Below, piece after piece: positions 60,490 through 64,000 of a stretch of DNA of 64,000 nt (position 1 is the first letter of the stretch; every line of letters begins with the position of its first letter). Where the stretch lies: assembly GCF_018977255.1 (NCBI RefSeq), contig NW_024704752.1, forward strand, positions 6,076,001-6,140,000, given 5' to 3'. The stretch is from Callorhinchus milii (Eukaryota). The position numbers and the translations under genes are program-made. A model generated the notes under the pieces. The model did no database searches. It was given only the letters and a program-made list of their open reading frames with translations, and was not told where the DNA came from.

Positions 60490-61692
60490 AGAAAATTTTG
60501 ACAAAAACATACTTTAAGGTGGTAGACTGCAAAGATGAAAAGAATAGGCTACAGGAAGACTTGAACATTCTTGGGAATTGGGCAGATTGATGGCAGATAA
60601 AATTCAATTCAGTGCTTCACATGGGGACAAAAAATCCAGGAACTATTGTATTAATGGTAAGAAAATAATCTGTACAGAAACTGAAAAGGACCTGAGTATC
60701 CTGATTGACTATAAATTAAAGATATGGCAACACTGCTCGGTAGCAGTGAGTAAGGCAAACCAGATGCTGGATTGTATTAAAAGGGCAATATTGAGCTGAA
60801 ATAGTGGGGTAATCCAGCCACTTAATAAATCACTGGTGCGACTGCACTTGGAATATTGTGTGCAGTTCTGGTCACCGCAATATAAAAAGGATTTTGCAGT
60901 GATTGAGAGGATACAGAGGAGGGCAATCAAAATAATAATAATCCTTGCATTTGATATAGTGCTTTTCACATGTTCGAGACGTCTCAAAGCGCTTCACAGA
61001 ATATACTGTAAAGTGAATTGACTGTTTATTTGTAGGCGAAACGCGACAGCCAATTGCAACAGCAGTGTCCCACAAACAGTCGTGGATTGAAATGACCAAA
61101 TTATTATTTGTTTTTCTTGAGCGATTATTATCAGGCATGTGGAGTAAGGAAACTTGCCCAAGGTTTCGTCCTGCTGGGAATCAAACCCAGGTCTCTCACT
61201 TGCAAGGCGAGTGCTCTAACCACTGAGCTACAGGACTCCACTGATTCACGGGATGATGGGATTGGACTATGAGGATTGATTAGACAAACTGGGCATGTTC
61301 ACACTGGAGAAGAGAAGGTTGAGGGCCGATATGGTCTAAGTTTCTGAAGGGAATAGATAATATAGACCAAGATAAGCTGTTTTATCTTGTGCTGAACAGT
61401 AGAATCAGAAGACACGGCTTGCTATTGAAGGGGGGCAAATTCAGAACAAATCTGCGGAAACACTACTTCAGTGAGCGAGTAGTACATTTATGGAACAGGC
61501 TCCCTAGGGAGACAGTGGAAGCAGAAAATGTTGCTTGTTTCAAGAACAAATTAGATGGATTTAAGCTAGAAAAAAATATCTCAGGATACAGTATATAGTT
61601 TGGGACACGACATGTCAAGCAACTGCCAGGTTGGTGGAAGGAGAACTAGATGAACCTTGGTCGTCTTTCGCCGAGCAAATTCTTATGTTCTT
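60490..61692 (+). mobile_element. CR1 LINE 3' portion, interrupted by SINE A
   Basis: [68 protein letters not shown], and 3'UTR ending TTCTTATGTTCTT. Confidence 0.95.
60931..61242 (-). mobile_element. SINE family A, full length, short subfamily
   Basis: Complete head-to-tail copy inside the CR1 ORF2. Confidence 0.95.
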
Positions 61693-62464
61693 TAACCCTT
61701 ATACTAGAGCTAACCAGGGTTCCAGATCAAAGAGGCACTAATAGCTAAAACAATAAGAACAAAGCTCTTTTACTGCTTGGCCTTCAAAGCCTTGGATGTT
61801 TCTACATGAAGCCATGCAGTGTCGAGTGCCTGTGTGTTTGTTCAAGAAAAGGGGCAGAGGTTCCAGGAACAGATTTCAGGCGATGTAAGCAGAAGTGAGA
61901 ACACAGCAAGTAATCTTAGGCTTGAGGAGAGGTCGACCATGGCCAAGGAAAGCAATATAATAAACTGAAATTCTCTGAGATAAGTCAGAGGGCGATCAGA
62001 AAAGGCCACATCAGAAACCAAGTAGGCTTGTTAGACTGCGTATGAAACTATGGTCAGGGTCAAAGTGTACCAGTTCAAAGACAAGGAATGCAAGGTTAGG
62101 ATCTAGTGTACGAGTTCAGAGCCCAGCAACACAAGACCTGAGGATAACCAGGGCCCAAGATAACACAATCTCGGGAGAAATGAAACACTGACACTGTAAT
62201 TTTAGTTCTGAATGCAAGTGGAATAAGGAAATCTTCAAAGCTTCATTACAACTTTAATAAAAACATTCATCATTAAAATCAACAGCTTTGCCAGCATGCC
62301 TGTCTAGTAATTCATCTGAAAATCCCAGCTATTAACCATGCAGCTTTATAACATCTGATACCATCTGGAAACAGCAACACTGATAGACAGTCTGGATGTT
62401 GAGATTGTGCAATGAAAACTGCGACACTTAATTAGCCACAAACCTAAGAATTCTTTCTGATAAG

Positions 62465-62830
62465 AACAACACTAACAAATCACATTTGTGTATTGCCTTT
62501 ACATCAAGAGGATGACCCAAAGATTTGGACTCCAGCTGGGGGTTGGGATCAGGAAGGGAGAAGGGCAGGCAGGATAGGGGTAGGAGGGTGACTGAAGGCA
62601 TGGTCGAAGAGGAGGATCTGGAGACCTTGAGGGCCTTGAAGGAGGCAAAGGAGGGGGCAAGGCAGAGAGACTTCCAAAGGGTGGGATGGATTTCCAAAGG
62701 GTGGAGTCTTATCTTAGGGTGACAGAAAGGCTGAAGGTCCGACCTCCGATTGTAGGGTGGGCAAGGTGGTGGACATGGATCAGGCCAGAGGCTGCTGAGC
62801 AGAGGGAGCAGATAGGTCAGTATAGGTAAG
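62465..62830 (-). mobile_element. L2 3' end
   Basis: SLCLAPSFASFKALK translation and degraded tail. Confidence 0.85.
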
Positions 62831-63609
62831 ACAACCATTCATTCACCTTTCAATTGCCGAGGCAGTCGGGCAGATCACCATTTGCTGTATTGCATGTCCA
62901 CCTGGTGGTTCTATGGACCCAGGGCTTTCCAACAGTTGAATCCATCAGCCACCTCTGGGACGAGCACCTCCAATTCTCTACTTTCTTGGCTGGTGGTCGG
63001 TCACATTGTAATAAAACACGACGGAAGGGATTGGGGGGAGGGGACGGGGGAAAGAAGATAGCAAGGTGGTCTGAATAAGGAAAGGCATCACTTAGTTGAA
63101 GGAGACTAAAACAGGAGAGAGACAAAATGCATTTTATAGTGCCATATTGCATCAAGATGTCTCAAAGTATTTTAACGGTAATAGCTATTAAATCTAGTTT
63201 ATTAGGCTAACACGGCAGGCATTTGCAGCAGTGAGGTCCCACAAACAGCCACGAGATGACCGACCAATTATAATGCATTTGACCTAGTGCCTTATTGGAT
63301 CGTCAAAATATGTCCTCACAAGGAGGAGTGGAAAAATTGGAACCCGGACCTTACTTTGAGCCCTTGGTCATCAGGCTCAGGGGCACTTGCCTGGGCCAGA
63401 GAGGCGATCCAGTCACTAGACTTGCTTGAGTGGGCATGTTACAAGGAATCAGGTCTGTGTCGTCTTTTGACGATCAGGACCCAGATACGGGTGGGATATG
63501 GGTTTCCCTGAGGCCAACCCAAGTTCCCATTTTGAGGAATGTGATTAGATTTAATTTGGCTTACTGGGGGTGGTGAGTGGGCAAAACCTCGCTCACTAAG
63601 AAAAACAAT

Positions 63610-63765
63610 GTAGGTCTGAGGAAATATGTTGCAGACACAGGTGAAAAGGGAATAGAGGGGTATAGGAGAGGGAAACTGCAGGGTGGAGGCTCAGATAGTG
63701 CATTATCACTGGGTGCACGGAAATTGCTGTTTCTGTGTTGTAATGTTCTAATGTAATACTATATA
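63610..63765 (+). mobile_element. CR1 3'UTR remnant
   Basis: GGGAATAGAGGGGTATAGG..CTGTTTCTGTGTTGTAATGTTCTA. Confidence 0.6.
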
Positions 63766-64000
63766 GTGAATGCTATGCACTGCTTCAGCATTAGGAAGGA
63801 AGACGATCTTAATATGCTGTATATGTGAACACAATAATAGCAATGCTGGGGCAATCATTCTTTTTCAAATGGAAAAATATTTTCTTTTAAACAAAGTGAG
63901 TTTCCTGTTCAATAGGCTAAATTAACCCTTCACTCTCTCCGGGGGTTGTTTCTCCGCGCACCCCCACATCCCACCCCACCCCCGGGTTTACTATGGCTGG

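Noticed and set aside
1-64000. CRISPR-like array suggested by the recurring CAAATGCAAGGATTATT motif
   Set aside because: Copies are irregularly spaced, on both strands, and are SINE 3' tails. The context is eukaryotic with no cas genes.

Overview
Eukaryotic (vertebrate) non-coding DNA, either a large intron or intergenic. The repeat content points to a cartilaginous fish, most like a holocephalan such as Callorhinchus; this is inferred from repeats only. I find no intact protein-coding gene, RNA gene or CRISPR array. The longer ORFs in the track are decayed L2/CR1 reverse-transcriptase pieces or chance frames through SINEs. The window is dominated by two tRNA-headed SINE families that share a Deu-like body and an L2-derived stem-loop tail. 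5'-truncated L2 and CR1 LINEs are also abundant and often nested in each other. Rarer relics are a CACTA/EnSpm-like transposase fragment, an R4/Dong-like 3' end with a (TAA)n tail, an LF-SINE-like element and a possibly 5'-inverted RTE fragment. The least expected signal is four unrelated ~90-110 bp inverted duplications of unique sequence, each pair 0.4-0.9 kb apart and of different ages. One copy interrupts a colinear CR1 remnant and another has a re-templated junction, which favours local templated insertion during DNA repair over transposon TIRs. Repeat-free TAAT-rich blocks (candidate enhancers) and one candidate 27-nt minus-strand microexon are also noted. All alignments were done by eye and boundaries are approximate.
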